A stretch of DNA of 64,000 bases from a virus (Duplodnaviria > Heunggongvirae > Uroviricota > Caudoviricetes). The position numbers and the translations under genes were made by a program. The notes beneath the pieces are model-generated. The model made no database searches. It was not told the DNA's origin and worked only from the letters and a program-made list of their open reading frames with translations. Below are positions 29,766-38,878 of the stretch, one piece after another. Location of the stretch: IMG/VR virus record IMGVR_UViG_2737471833_000002. One strand, 5' to 3'. The number at the start of each line of letters is the position of its first letter. Positions within the stretch are counted from its first letter, which is position 1.

Positions 29766-30050
29766 CTAACTTACCTGAACCAGGCCGTCTCCGGACGCTA
29801 CGGTAGATCCGCATGAAACAGGGTCACCAACGCATACGATCCCTTTACTATTGACGGTAAACCATGCCCTGGTTGATATAGCTTGCCCACCGTGCGTACT
29901 GTTTCCATCGGTATGCTGTGCATATTGCTTACCATCAACTAACACTTCGACTCCGTTGACTTTAAGTAGTGGTTCACTCTCTACAGGAGGCCTGGATGGG
30001 AATCCTCCGTGCCCCGAACAAATGCTGTCTTTTGTTGCAATACTTGCCAC
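29766..30050 (-). CDS. small Gly/Cys-rich protein, PAAR-like
   Basis: 94 aa with HGG, VNG and VCVGDPVSCGS segments loosely resembling PAAR repeats; GTG start. Confidence 0.3.
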   Translation of the reverse strand: MASIATKDSICSGHGGFPSRPPVESEPLLKVNGVEVLVDGKQYAQHTDGNSTHGGQAISTRAWFTVNSKGIVCVGDPVSCGSTVASGDGLVQVS

Positions 30051-30130
30051 GGCATCACCAATAATTTGCTCTGGTTTTCTTTATTTTAACTTAGGTTACT
30101 TGTGGTCTACATGGCGTCAACTATTGCATA

Positions 30131-30147
30131 ATTGCCCTAATAAATAT
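30131..30147 (+). promoter_or_regulatory. C1-repressor operator-like site
   Basis: ATTGCCCTAATAAATAT (15/17) upstream of the 30219/rdgC/dmt operon. Confidence 0.45.
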
Positions 30148-30218
30148 TGTTTTTTATGTCTTGTTTTCGGTACCATTCAGCCATCGCCCTTCAATGGGTA
30201 TTTGTTTGGAGTCGTCAG

Positions 30219-30503
30219 ATGCAGATGGAGCTAATAAGTCGCAAAGAGTTCGATAGCCGTGTAACCAGCGGTGAACTCGACAACTTGCAGGCTATCAAGG
30301 TGAAAGAAGGCTTTTGCCTCATTGGGAATCAGAGCGGAACAAATCGCGTTTTTATGCTTCGCCGTACGGATTTGAAGCCATTTGTCTGGAAGAACGAAAT
30401 TGGTCCCAGCTCATACGCTCAAACGAGGGGGTGCCACAACCTGGCATTTTTCTACAAAGACGAGCTTTCTGTGGTTGATATTCAAGGGTTACAACATGTT
30501 TAA
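30219..30503 (+). CDS. hypothetical protein (94 aa)
   Basis: ATG at 30219 with GGAG 8 nt upstream; track ORF 30147-30503. Confidence 0.4.
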   Translation: MQMELISRKEFDSRVTSGELDNLQAIKVKEGFCLIGNQSGTNRVFMLRRTDLKPFVWKNEIGPSSYAQTRGCHNLAFFYKDELSVVDIQGLQHV

Positions 30504-31401
30504 GCACTGGAAAAACATTACTATTTATAAACTTTCTCGTGAGGCGGATCTGACCGACTTAGAAGATAAAAAGAAAATGATCCTTTTCACGCCATGCGGT
30601 AGTCAGGATATGGCCAAGTTCGGTTTTGTATCTCCATTTGGTGATAATTCCGAAGTTATCGCTATGCATGGAAATGGTTTTATCCTTGTTGAAGCAAAGC
30701 GCGAAACAAAAATTCTTCCCCCGCCGGTTATCCAGCGAGCTATTCAAGAAAAAATTGAAAAACTTGAGCAAGAACAAGCGCGTAAACTGAAGAAAACAGA
30801 GAAGGACTCCCTGAAAGACGAAGTTCTGCATTCTCTTCTGCCACGGGCTTTTTCAAAGTTTTCTGTTATCCAGGCGATCTACGACGGTTCAACTAAACGT
30901 ATCTATATCAATGCCAGCGCGCGGCAGGCAGAGGATATGCTCGCGCTTATGCGTAAATCTCTGGGTTCTCTTCCTGTTGTGCCCCTAAGTGTTGAAAATC
31001 AAATTGAGTTAACGCTGACCGACTGGGTGCGTGATGGTAGTGCTCCGCAGGGATTTCAAATGGGGGATGCGGCAGAACTTAAGGCAGTGCTTGAGGATGG
31101 CGGTATTGCCCGAGTGAAAAAGCAGGACTTGGGAAGTGATGAAATATCCACACACCTGGAAGCTGGCAAGCTCGTCACTAAGTTGGCACTCGACTGGCAG
31201 AACCGCATTAAATTTACACTGGACCATAACTTCAGCCTTACCAGCGTCAAATTTGCGGATGAATTGCTTGAGCAGAACGCTGATATTGATAGTGAAGATG
31301 TTGCGCAGCGACTGGACGCAGATTTCTTCCTGTTGACCAGTGAAATTTCGTGCCTGGTTGATGCTCTGGTAAATGCCCTTGGCGGAGAGGCTAAGCAGTG
31401 A
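30496..31401 (+). CDS. rdgC: RdgC-like recombination-associated protein
   Basis: 302 aa from the internal ATG; near-collinear with E. coli RdgC ([48 protein letters not shown]). Confidence 0.85.
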   Translation: MFKHWKNITIYKLSREADLTDLEDKKKMILFTPCGSQDMAKFGFVSPFGDNSEVIAMHGNGFILVEAKRETKILPPPVIQRAIQEKIEKLEQEQARKLKKTEKDSLKDEVLHSLLPRAFSKFSVIQAIYDGSTKRIYINASARQAEDMLALMRKSLGSLPVVPLSVENQIELTLTDWVRDGSAPQGFQMGDAAELKAVLEDGGIARVKKQDLGSDEISTHLEAGKLVTKLALDWQNRIKFTLDHNFSLTSVKFADELLEQNADIDSEDVAQRLDADFFLLTSEISCLVDALVNALGGEAKQ

Positions 31402-34400
31402 AAGAGCTGTGCTACGGATCTGTTTGCAGTGGAATTGAAGCCGCGAGTATTGCCTGGGAACCGTTGGGTATGCGTCCGGCGTGGTTTGCTGAAATCGAGC
31501 CTTTTCCATCTGCCGTTCTTGCGCTCCGCTGGCCCCATGTCGCCAACCTTGGCGACATGACAAAACTTGCCAAAAAAGTCTTGGCTGGGGAAATCGAATC
31601 CCCTGACGTGCTCGTCGGGGGAACACCATGTTTTACCGCGGGGCATATGGTTCTTTGTAAAAATGGTTATAAACCAATAGAAGATGTTTGCCCTGGCGAT
31701 TACGTAGTCAGTCATCTCGGGCGGTTACAACAAGTAAAAAGAGTTGGTTCAAAAATAGCTAATACGGGGTTACTTAATGCCGTTGGGCAGCCTTTAGGTA
31801 TAAGAACAACCAATGACCATCCCTTCCTGGCTGTTCGGTGGAAAGCCCAAAACACCCGGAAAAATGGCACATATTTTAAGAGAGAGTTGTTGTCTGAACC
31901 GGAATGGCGAGCAGCATGTGATATGCCGGGATATCAATGGTGCGCTCTAACTAATTTCAATATTGCATCTCCAGATATTTGTTCTCGGTTCTTGTCTGAA
32001 GAACAGGCTATGTATCTTGCGGGCGCTTATGTAGGCGATGGATATATTAGGAGATGGAGAGGTAAATCTAAGAAGGCGGTTGTTTTTGGCATAAATTGCC
32101 AGAAATTGAGAAAGTTTCATTGCCACATACCAGAAAACATGTTTTCCGTGGCAAGCGAAATCCGAGGGAGCATCAAAGTAACCTTGAATGATACGTGTTA
32201 TGCCAATTGGCTTAATGAACATTTTGGCGAGTTAAGCCATGCTAAACGTATCCCTGCATGGGTGATGTCGCATCCATTGCGTCATGTGTTTTTACAAGGC
32301 TATCTTGATACTGATGGGACACCAAGTGGTAAAGCGGGATTTAGAATTAATAGTGTTAGTCCTGCGCTTGCTTGGGGCGTTGCGGGGTTGTCACAGACTT
32401 GTGGTTATGTTTCTTCGGTCAGCTTTATTGAAGTTGAGCCCAAAAAAGTGATCGAGGATCGCGTGGTAAATCAACGGGATTATTATCAGGTAACAATCTG
32501 CCCGCAGAAATTGTCACGTAAATCAAGATTGGCTCATGGAATGCTTTTACGAACAGTCAAAGAGTTTAAATCGGTAGGCCTAGATACTGTATACAACATA
32601 GAAGTCGAAGGTGATCATTCCTATATCCTCAATGGTGCGGTGGTCCATAACTGTCAGGCATTCAGTATCGCGGGATTACGTGGTGGGCTTGATGATGAGC
32701 GTGGCGCGCTAACTTTAAAGTATGTGGAGCTTGCAAATGCAATTGACGACAAACGGGCTGAGTCATTTCTCAAACCAGCCGTTATCGTCTGGGAAAATGT
32801 CCCAGGAGTCTTGTCATTGGCAGATAACGCCTTCGGATGTTTCCTTGCCGGATTGGCTGGAGAAGATGTGCCATTTGAACCAGGTGATCGACCTGAATCA
32901 GGAAAAAGCAACGCGTTCTGGCGGTGGGATGGCAAAACCGGTTGCCATGTTCCAAAGTGGCCGCAGTGTGGTTGTATTTATGGACCGCAGCGAAAGGTGG
33001 CCTGGAGAATCCTTGATGCCCAATACTTCGGAGTGGCACAACGACGCCGACGCGTGTTTGTTGTCGCAAGTGCTCGAACAGACCTCGATCCCGCAACGGT
33101 ACTTTTTGAGTTCGAAGGCGTGCGCCGGAATATTGCGCCGAGCCGAAAAAAGAAGGAAATCGCTTCCGCCATTATTGCAAATGGCGCTGCAATCAGTGGC
33201 GAAAGCCTAAATCCATGCCTACACGCTGGCATGTCTCCCGGTATGAAATCGACGAAAGCCGTAAACGGTTTCAGGATGGCGGCATTTGGGGAATATATTG
33301 ACGATGAAACCGCATCGACAGTAAAGGCAAGAGATTTTAAAGATGCCACTGACCTTGCCGTTTTTAGCAGCACAGGAGCAGGTTTTTGGTCAGAAGGGCA
33401 TGGTACATTGCGGGCACGTGAGCAAGAAAGCCATGAGCATCTTGTTACATTGGCTTTTCCTGAGCGTATGAGCGGTACACAACATGCTGCAACTAAGAAT
33501 ACTTCACCATCTCTAATGGCTAAAAATCCAACAGCTGTTTGCTATGAAGTAAGAAACGCAGAAGTAGCTGTCCGCCGTCTTACCCCTGTCGAATGTGAAA
33601 GGCTGCAAGGTTTTCCTGATGGGCATACGTTGATCCCGACGGAAAAGCGTAAAAAAGTTAATTCAGATGAACTGGCATATCTCCGCAATCACTATCCAGA
33701 TTTAAGCGAAGAAGAGGCCGCGATGCTTGCAGCTGACGGACCGCGTTACAAAGCGATCGGCAATAGTATGGCAATACCAGTAATGCGCTGGATTGGCGAT
33801 CGGATTACTAAGGCCGTATGTCGGCAGAAAGAAGGAAGTGAAACAAAAGAGCGAAAAGTTAAACCAGCGACAGAATTCGAACGGTCCATATTCAAATGGG
33901 CTGGTGGAAAATTTGGTGTTCTGGAACAAATCTTTCGCTATTTGCCAGAAGGGAAGCGCCTGATTGAACCTTTCGTTGGTGGCGGAGCTGTCTTCATGAA
34001 TGCCGGATACCAGGAAAATCTGCTAAATGATGTGAATGCTGACCTGATTAACTTTTACAAGACTCTGCAACGCGAGGCGCATTCACTTATCACTCTGGCA
34101 CATCGTTTCTTCCAGGACTACAACACACAGGAAGGATACCTGGCAGTACGGAATGCGTTTAACAAACAAGTCTATGATGATTTACATCGCGCAGCGGCGT
34201 TTTTGTTCCTGAACCGACATTGTTTTAACGGATTGACGCGTTACAACCAGGCCGGTGAGTTCAATGTCGGTTATGGGAAGTATAAAACTCCGTATTTCCC
34301 ATTACAGGAGATGGAAGCCTTCCTCGGTGCGGAAGGGCGGTCTGAGTTTGTATGCGGTGATTTTGCAGCGGTGATTGAAGCTGCCGGAGAAGGAGATGTC

Positions 34401-34685
34401 ATCTTTTGCGATCCGCCGTATGAACCGCTTCCAAATACAGAGGGATTCACGAACTATTCCGGTCATGACTTTAAGTTTGAAGAGCAAAAACGCCTGGTGT
34501 CTCTGTTGACGGATGCTCATCGTCGAGGTGCAAAGGTTCTCATTACTAACAGTGGCGCGCCAAACATCAGAGAGCTTTATCATGACAGTGGCTTCAGAGT
34601 GGAACCTCTTTTTGCCAGACGTTCTGTGTCTTGTAAGGGGGACACTCGAGGTGTAGCTCATGACGTTTTGGGTATATTGCTCTAA
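31398..34685 (+). CDS. dmt: bifunctional DNA methyltransferase (C5-cytosine domain plus Dam-like N6-adenine domain), interrupted by an intein
   Basis: GTG start overlapping the rdgC stop; CSGIEAAS (motif I), [12 protein letters not shown] split by the intein, VVWENVPG (ENV); C-terminal [10 protein letters not shown] and FCDPPYEP; extein 754 aa. Confidence 0.85.
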   Translation: MKELCYGSVCSGIEAASIAWEPLGMRPAWFAEIEPFPSAVLALRWPHVANLGDMTKLAKKVLAGEIESPDVLVGGTPCFTAGHMVLCKNGYKPIEDVCPGDYVVSHLGRLQQVKRVGSKIANTGLLNAVGQPLGIRTTNDHPFLAVRWKAQNTRKNGTYFKRELLSEPEWRAACDMPGYQWCALTNFNIASPDICSRFLSEEQAMYLAGAYVGDGYIRRWRGKSKKAVVFGINCQKLRKFHCHIPENMFSVASEIRGSIKVTLNDTCYANWLNEHFGELSHAKRIPAWVMSHPLRHVFLQGYLDTDGTPSGKAGFRINSVSPALAWGVAGLSQTCGYVSSVSFIEVEPKKVIEDRVVNQRDYYQVTICPQKLSRKSRLAHGMLLRTVKEFKSVGLDTVYNIEVEGDHSYILNGAVVHNCQAFSIAGLRGGLDDERGALTLKYVELANAIDDKRAESFLKPAVIVWENVPGVLSLADNAFGCFLAGLAGEDVPFEPGDRPESGKSNAFWRWDGKTGCHVPKWPQCGCIYGPQRKVAWRILDAQYFGVAQRRRRVFVVASARTDLDPATVLFEFEGVRRNIAPSRKKKEIASAIIANGAAISGESLNPCLHAGMSPGMKSTKAVNGFRMAAFGEYIDDETASTVKARDFKDATDLAVFSSTGAGFWSEGHGTLRAREQESHEHLVTLAFPERMSGTQHAATKNTSPSLMAKNPTAVCYEVRNAEVAVRRLTPVECERLQGFPDGHTLIPTEKRKKVNSDELAYLRNHYPDLSEEEAAMLAADGPRYKAIGNSMAIPVMRWIGDRITKAVCRQKEGSETKERKVKPATEFERSIFKWAGGKFGVLEQIFRYLPEGKRLIEPFVGGGAVFMNAGYQENLLNDVNADLINFYKTLQREAHSLITLAHRFFQDYNTQEGYLAVRNAFNKQVYDDLHRAAAFLFLNRHCFNGLTRYNQAGEFNVGYGKYKTPYFPLQEMEAFLGAEGRSEFVCGDFAAVIEAAGEGDVIFCDPPYEPLPNTEGFTNYSGHDFKFEEQKRLVSLLTDAHRRGAKVLITNSGAPNIRELYHDSGFRVEPLFARRSVSCKGDTRGVAHDVLGILL
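31629..32651 (+). mobile_element. intein (Hint splicing domain plus LAGLIDADG homing endonuclease), 341 aa
   Basis: Begins [28 protein letters not shown]; block B TTNDHPF; [10 protein letters not shown] and [11 protein letters not shown]; ends [21 protein letters not shown] followed by Cys; excision restores [12 protein letters not shown]. Confidence 0.8.
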
Positions 34686-34692
34686 TAAATTT
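34676..34692 (+). promoter_or_regulatory. C1-repressor operator (perfect consensus match)
   Basis: ATTGCTCTAATAAATTT 17/17, overlapping the dmt stop codon; upstream of the tRNA/tciA/ban region. Confidence 0.55.
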
Positions 34693-34866
34693 ATTAGTGT
34701 AATATCACCTCAATGAATCGTGATTTATAGAGCGATTTAGCTGTTAGCCGCGACAGGCGCGGCGGTAAGCATGGCTGGGCCTAGTCCTCCCAGACAAACC
34801 ACCGAGTTGCCAGGTTGACCATGCGCCTAAGTGGCAACGCCGAAGTGCGTTACGAGCTTCCAGTTT

Positions 34867-34892
34867 GCCCATCTTCGGGTGGGCGTTTTTTT
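34867..34892 (+). terminator. rho-independent terminator-like hairpin
   Basis: GCCCA-TCTTCGG-TGGGC followed by GTTTTTTT. Confidence 0.45.
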
Positions 34893-35357
34893 CAGGGTTT
34901 TCGTCATGGTTAGCGACTTTGCGGCGGTTTAGAAACTGGCCATTAAAGTAAATGCAAACGATGATCTGATGATGGTAGCGGCCTAAGAAGCCAGATGCCA
35001 CGGGGTATGAGTCGTCCCCCGTCAAAAAATCGACCGCAGAGTGTCCCCGTCTGTGTATTAGGGAACGGGGAGGCACAACAGGTAAGGGCGCTGGTGTGAT
35101 TAACCAGATGAACGAGAAGGGGCCATCTGTTGGTCAGCGTCCTTTCCTGTTGCGTTTTCTTTTCAGCGTAACAGCGGTGCTTAACAGCACTTTGGGTACA
35201 GTTCCACGAATTTACGGGTATATCCCGTCATGCTGAAGGCGCTAATCACGCTGGAAGCCAGGGTTGTGCATCCCCTGTTACCGAATTGCAGCCAGGGCGC
35301 GGTGCGCCGAAAAGCATACGGAGGTGGAAGCCCTCGCCGGAGACGTACCCGGCAAGT

Positions 35358-35433
35358 GATGGTGTAGCTCAGCGGTTAGAGCGGTTGACTGTTAATCAAC
35401 GGGTCGATGGTTCAAATCCATCCACCATCGCCA
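35358..35433 (+). tRNA. tRNA-Asn (anticodon GUU)
   Basis: Cloverleaf: acceptor GATGGTG/CACCATC, D-arm GCTC-AGCGGTTA-GAGC, anticodon loop CTGTTAA, T-loop TTCAAAT, encoded CCA. Confidence 0.85.
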
Positions 35434-35435
35434 AT

Positions 35436-35511
35436 GCCGGTTTAGCTCAGTTGGTAGAGCGCCTGCCTTGTAAGCAGGATGTCAGCGGTTCGAGTCCGTT
35501 AATCGGCACCA
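35436..35511 (+). tRNA. tRNA-Thr (anticodon UGU)
   Basis: Cloverleaf: acceptor GCCGGTT/AATCGGC, anticodon stem CCTGC/GCAGG with loop CTTGTAA, T-loop TTCGAGT, encoded CCA; 2 nt after tRNA-Asn. Confidence 0.85.
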
Positions 35512-36442
35512 GCACAACAGGTAAGGGTATTTTGCGACGTCGGAGATCGCCGAGCTTGGCAGAGGGTTCGAATCCCTACGAAGTACCCTTACCGTTGTGA
35601 TGAATGCGCAGGCTGATGCGCGAAAGACATTGCAGCTATTGCGGAAAAGAGCTGTTCGGCGGGGCAATTAAACGCCCGTGAGAGTCTGAAATAACCGCAA
35701 GCCGGAGATCAGCACCGGTCATCACAACACAACAGGTAAGGGCATTCTCCCTTATGGGGCTTGGCTTAAATGCATCGAGTGCTCTTACCGTTGTGATGAA
35801 GTGCAGCTCTTTGAAGCAACCAGAAGATAAGCATCTGGCTTCACAACATAAACCGCAGGAACGACCAATAAACGGTAGTCCGTATGGAGAACACCCCGTT
35901 GAGGAAGAGGCCTGGCCGGAACCGTAACCGGCACTACAACGTTGAGAACACTGGCGTAACGGGGTCATATCCCAATCTACGAATAAATGTTGCGTTGCAG
36001 CGTGACAACCAGTGTTCTCAACATTGTGGTGAATGCACAGGCTGATGTGCCGCAACTACAGTAGTGCGCGCTTTGCGGGGCTTGCTACAACCCTGTGTTG
36101 GAGTTCAGCACCGACCATCACAGTTTGATTCTCTGGCATGAGCATAACGCTGAAATAAGTCCAGTCTGGTGCGGCCCGATCACCCGCCGTTAGCTCCACG
36201 AAACGGAGCACGTAACAGGTAAGAGCATTCTCCTGTAACGGGTTCATATCCCAATCTACAGGTCCACCAAGAATGCTCTTTCCGTTGCGGTGAATGCGGC
36301 TAAGCGCACGCGGGGAAATGGTTATATCTGTCCATTATTTCTCCTTGTTTCCACGTCCACGGTGGATAACCAGCCAAAGGACACCGGGAGGAACCCGGCA
36401 CCGCAATCTAATAAATATGTCACTTTTATTGAGGGATAACCA

Positions 36443-36877
36443 ATGTTCGGTAAATTGTTCGGCAAGAAAGTCGCTTCTGCAAAAGTAGAGCTGAAAAAAG
36501 TTGAGAATCGCGATCTGATGGAGGCCATTATCGGTGGCTGTTTGTTGGTGTCTGCCGCTGATGGTGAAATCGAAAAAGAAGAAACAGCGAAACTTGATCA
36601 GCTTGTCCGCTCTAATCCGCGTCTTAGTCATTTTGGTAACGAAATTACTGCAACAATTACCCGCTTTACCGAGCAACTTGAAGCTGGCTTCCGTGTTGGT
36701 CGCATGAATATCCTTCGCGAAATTGAAGATATCAAAAACGATCCAAAAGAAGCGGAAGAAGTATTCGTTAACATGCTGACAATTGCAGAAGCGGACGGTG
36801 AAATCGAGCCAGCAGAACACAAAGTACTGGAAGAAGTAGGCCGTCGTTTAGGTCTTCGTGTGGAAGATTATCTGTAA
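36443..36877 (+). CDS. tciA: TerB-family protein (P1 TciA-like)
   Basis: 144 aa with TerB-like repeated ...SAADGEIEKEE... and ...AEADGEIEPAE... motifs; RBS GAGGGA. Confidence 0.65.
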   Translation: MFGKLFGKKVASAKVELKKVENRDLMEAIIGGCLLVSAADGEIEKEETAKLDQLVRSNPRLSHFGNEITATITRFTEQLEAGFRVGRMNILREIEDIKNDPKEAEEVFVNMLTIAEADGEIEPAEHKVLEEVGRRLGLRVEDYL

Positions 36878-37041
36878 TGGCAAGCAAGGCACGTATCGCA
36901 ATCGCCATTGGTTTTCTCTTGCTGTCCGTGCTGGTGGATTTCACCAGCACAATCCTGTCAGTTTTATCGGACGGGGCGTTGGTGGCAGTAGCTGTAACAT
37001 TGGTATGGCCGATATTTAAAATAGCTTCGAAGGATCAGTGA
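36877..37041 (+). CDS. small membrane protein (54 aa)
   Basis: ATG overlaps the tciA stop (TAATG); MASKARIAIAIGFLLLSVLVDF...; below the 60-aa track cutoff. Confidence 0.4.
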   Translation: MASKARIAIAIGFLLLSVLVDFTSTILSVLSDGALVAVAVTLVWPIFKIASKDQ

Positions 37042-37160
37042 TGGGCTTCTGGGATTTTGCTGACAAGTATCCAATTGTTCTCATTATTATTGTTGCCATA
37101 GTTGTAGGCGGCATTGTTAGCGCCATTGAAGCACTTAGTAAACAGTAATCCGGCCCCTTA
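37041..37160 (+). CDS. small membrane peptide (39 aa)
   Basis: ATG overlaps the previous stop (TGATG); MGFWDFADKYPIVLIIIVAIVVGG...; 3' end overlaps tRNA-Ile by about 10 nt, so doubtful. Confidence 0.25.
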
Positions 37161-37226
37161 GCTCAGTGGTTAGAGCTGGCGACTCATAATCGCACGGTCA
37201 CCGGTTCAAGTCCGGTAGGGGCCACC
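37151..37226 (+). tRNA. tRNA with CAU anticodon, most similar to tRNA-Ile2 (lysidine-dependent)
   Basis: GGCCCCTTAGCTCAGTGGTTAGAGC...CTCATAA...TTCAAGT...AGGGGCCACCA; near-identical framework to E. coli ileX as I remember it; would default-annotate as tRNA-Met. Confidence 0.8.
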
Positions 37227-37513
37227 ATATTTGGTTGTAACACGGCGTCTGGCACATGCGTCGTTAGCGGTCTGGTGACGTTAAAAGGGGGGAACCTTGC
37301 CCCTAGCTCAGGCAACGAACCAGGTAGCCGGAATGTGCAAGCCACCGTTTGTTGTTTCTCGGGTAAAGGGATTCACCATCCTAGCGATTCGGTGTGACAG
37401 CCGGGAAGAGTCCGGCGCATTAATCCTGATTTTCTGGTGATGACTCATATCGTTAGGAGTGATTTGAGTATGCCGATTATATCTGACATTCAGCACGCCT
37501 GGGTGGAGTGCTA

Positions 37514-38878
37514 ATGTCTGCATCCCCTCTTGAATCCATGCCAAATTCCCTTAGTGCAGAACAAGCTGTACTTGGTGGCTTAATGCTTGATAACTGCCGC
37601 TGGGATGAAGTTGCAGATCGTATAGTTGCTGATGATTTTTATACCAGTGCTCATCGTGAAATTTTCAGTGAGATGGAGAGGTTATTAAGTCATGGCAAAC
37701 CGATTGATTTGATAACACTTGCTGAAGCACTTGAACAGAACGGTAAATTAGAACGCGCCGGTGGTTTTGCGTACCTTGCGGAGATGTCAAAGAACACGCC
37801 CAGCGCGGCAAATATTTGTGCTTATGCGGATATCGTTCGTGAACGCGCGGTTGTTCGTGAAATGATTTCCGTCGCAAATGAAATAGCCGAAGCTGGATAT
37901 GCGCAGGATGGCAGGGGCAGCAATGAATTGCTGGATATGGCCGAGCGCCGCGTTTTTGAAATAGTTGAAAAACGACAAAAGAGCGGTAGTGGTCCAAAAG
38001 ATATCGCCAGCATTCTCGATGCAACGGTATCTCGCATAGAAGAGTTGTTTCAGCGACCGCATGATGGTGTAACGGGGCTTGATACCGGATTTACCGATCT
38101 CAATAAGAAGACGGCAGGACTTCAGGCGTCCGATCTCATTATTGTCGCCGCCCGCCCATCGATGGGGAAGACTACGTTTGCGATGAATCTCGTCGAAAAT
38201 GCCGCAGTCCGTAACGATAAGCCCGTATTGGTTTTTAGCCTTGAGATGCCGAGCCACCAGCTGATGATGCGCTCACTGGCTTCTCTTGCACGCGTTGATC
38301 AGACTCGTATTCGAACAGGGCAACTTAACGACGAGGATTGGGCGCGGGTTTCTGGCGCAATGGGGATTCTGTTGGACAAGCAGAATATTTTTATTGATGA
38401 CTCAAGCGCCCTGACACCTACAGAGCTTCGTTCCCGCGCTCGTCGTGTTTATAAAGAAAATGGTGGTTTGAGCATGATTATGATCGACTACCTGCAACTT
38501 ATGCGCGTCCCCGAGCTGCAAGATAACCGAACGCTGGAAATTGCCGAGATTTCTCGCTCACTGAAGGCTTTGGCGAAGGAATTACAAGTACCGGTGGTGG
38601 CATTGTCACAACTTAATCGTTCACTTGAACAGCGTGCGGACAAACGACCGGTAAATTCAGATTTACGTGAATCAGGAGCAATTGAGCAGGACGCAGACCT
38701 GATCATGTTTCTGTATCGCGACGAAGTTTATCACCCGGATAGCGAAATGAAGGGCATTGCCGAGGTGATTATCGGTAAGCAACGAAATGGCCCAATTGGC
38801 ACGGTGAGATTGGCTTTTAACGGCCAATACTCACGGTTTGATAACTATGCTGGTGCTGACTGGCAAGAGGATTATTAA
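37514..38878 (+). CDS. ban: DnaB-family replicative DNA helicase (P1 Ban-like)
   Basis: About 454 aa from ATG 37514 (track starts at GTG 37508); Walker A ARPSMGKTTFA; collinear with E. coli DnaB. Confidence 0.9.
   Translation: MSASPLESMPNSLSAEQAVLGGLMLDNCRWDEVADRIVADDFYTSAHREIFSEMERLLSHGKPIDLITLAEALEQNGKLERAGGFAYLAEMSKNTPSAANICAYADIVRERAVVREMISVANEIAEAGYAQDGRGSNELLDMAERRVFEIVEKRQKSGSGPKDIASILDATVSRIEELFQRPHDGVTGLDTGFTDLNKKTAGLQASDLIIVAARPSMGKTTFAMNLVENAAVRNDKPVLVFSLEMPSHQLMMRSLASLARVDQTRIRTGQLNDEDWARVSGAMGILLDKQNIFIDDSSALTPTELRSRARRVYKENGGLSMIMIDYLQLMRVPELQDNRTLEIAEISRSLKALAKELQVPVVALSQLNRSLEQRADKRPVNSDLRESGAIEQDADLIMFLYRDEVYHPDSEMKGIAEVIIGKQRNGPIGTVRLAFNGQYSRFDNYAGADWQEDY

Larger units (their letters stand above)
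35074..36291. repeat. family of five long imperfect hairpin repeats flanking the tRNA genes
   Basis: Units at about 35074-35154, 35513-35599, 35722-35794, 35931-36030, 36210-36291; conserved base CACAACAGGTAAG...CTTACCGTTGTGATGAA; unit 4 keeps pairing with different stem sequence; shared loop motif TAACGGG(G/T)TCATATCCCAATCTAC. Confidence 0.5.

Noticed and set aside
31398-34685. Splitting the 1095-aa methyltransferase ORF into separate cytosine and adenine methyltransferase genes plus a homing endonuclease gene
   Set aside because: The reading frame is continuous without stops, and the intein boundaries (Cys after GGTP; HN followed by Cys) fall precisely inside a single conserved PCQ motif, which is diagnostic of an intein rather than separate genes.
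35513-35599. Third tRNA immediately after tRNA-Thr, suggested by a GGTTCGAATCC T-loop sequence
   Set aside because: No acceptor stem pairs with the 3' side of the T-arm and no D-arm or anticodon arm in register; it fits the long-hairpin repeat family instead. A tRNA-derived pseudogene remains possible.
35074-36291. CRISPR array or integron attC sites as an explanation for the repeat family
   Set aside because: Units are long imperfect hairpins of variable length, not short direct repeats with unique spacers; no cas genes or integron integrase nearby; unit ends do not match attC core sites.
35286-36820. Track ORFs overlapping the tRNA genes and hairpin repeats (35286-35600, 35636-36055, 36056-36247, 36335-36820 and others)
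   Set aside because: Translations are Cys/Arg-rich and low-complexity, run across two tRNA genes or antisense to the TerB-like gene, and lack RBS support; the region is better explained by structured RNA/DNA.
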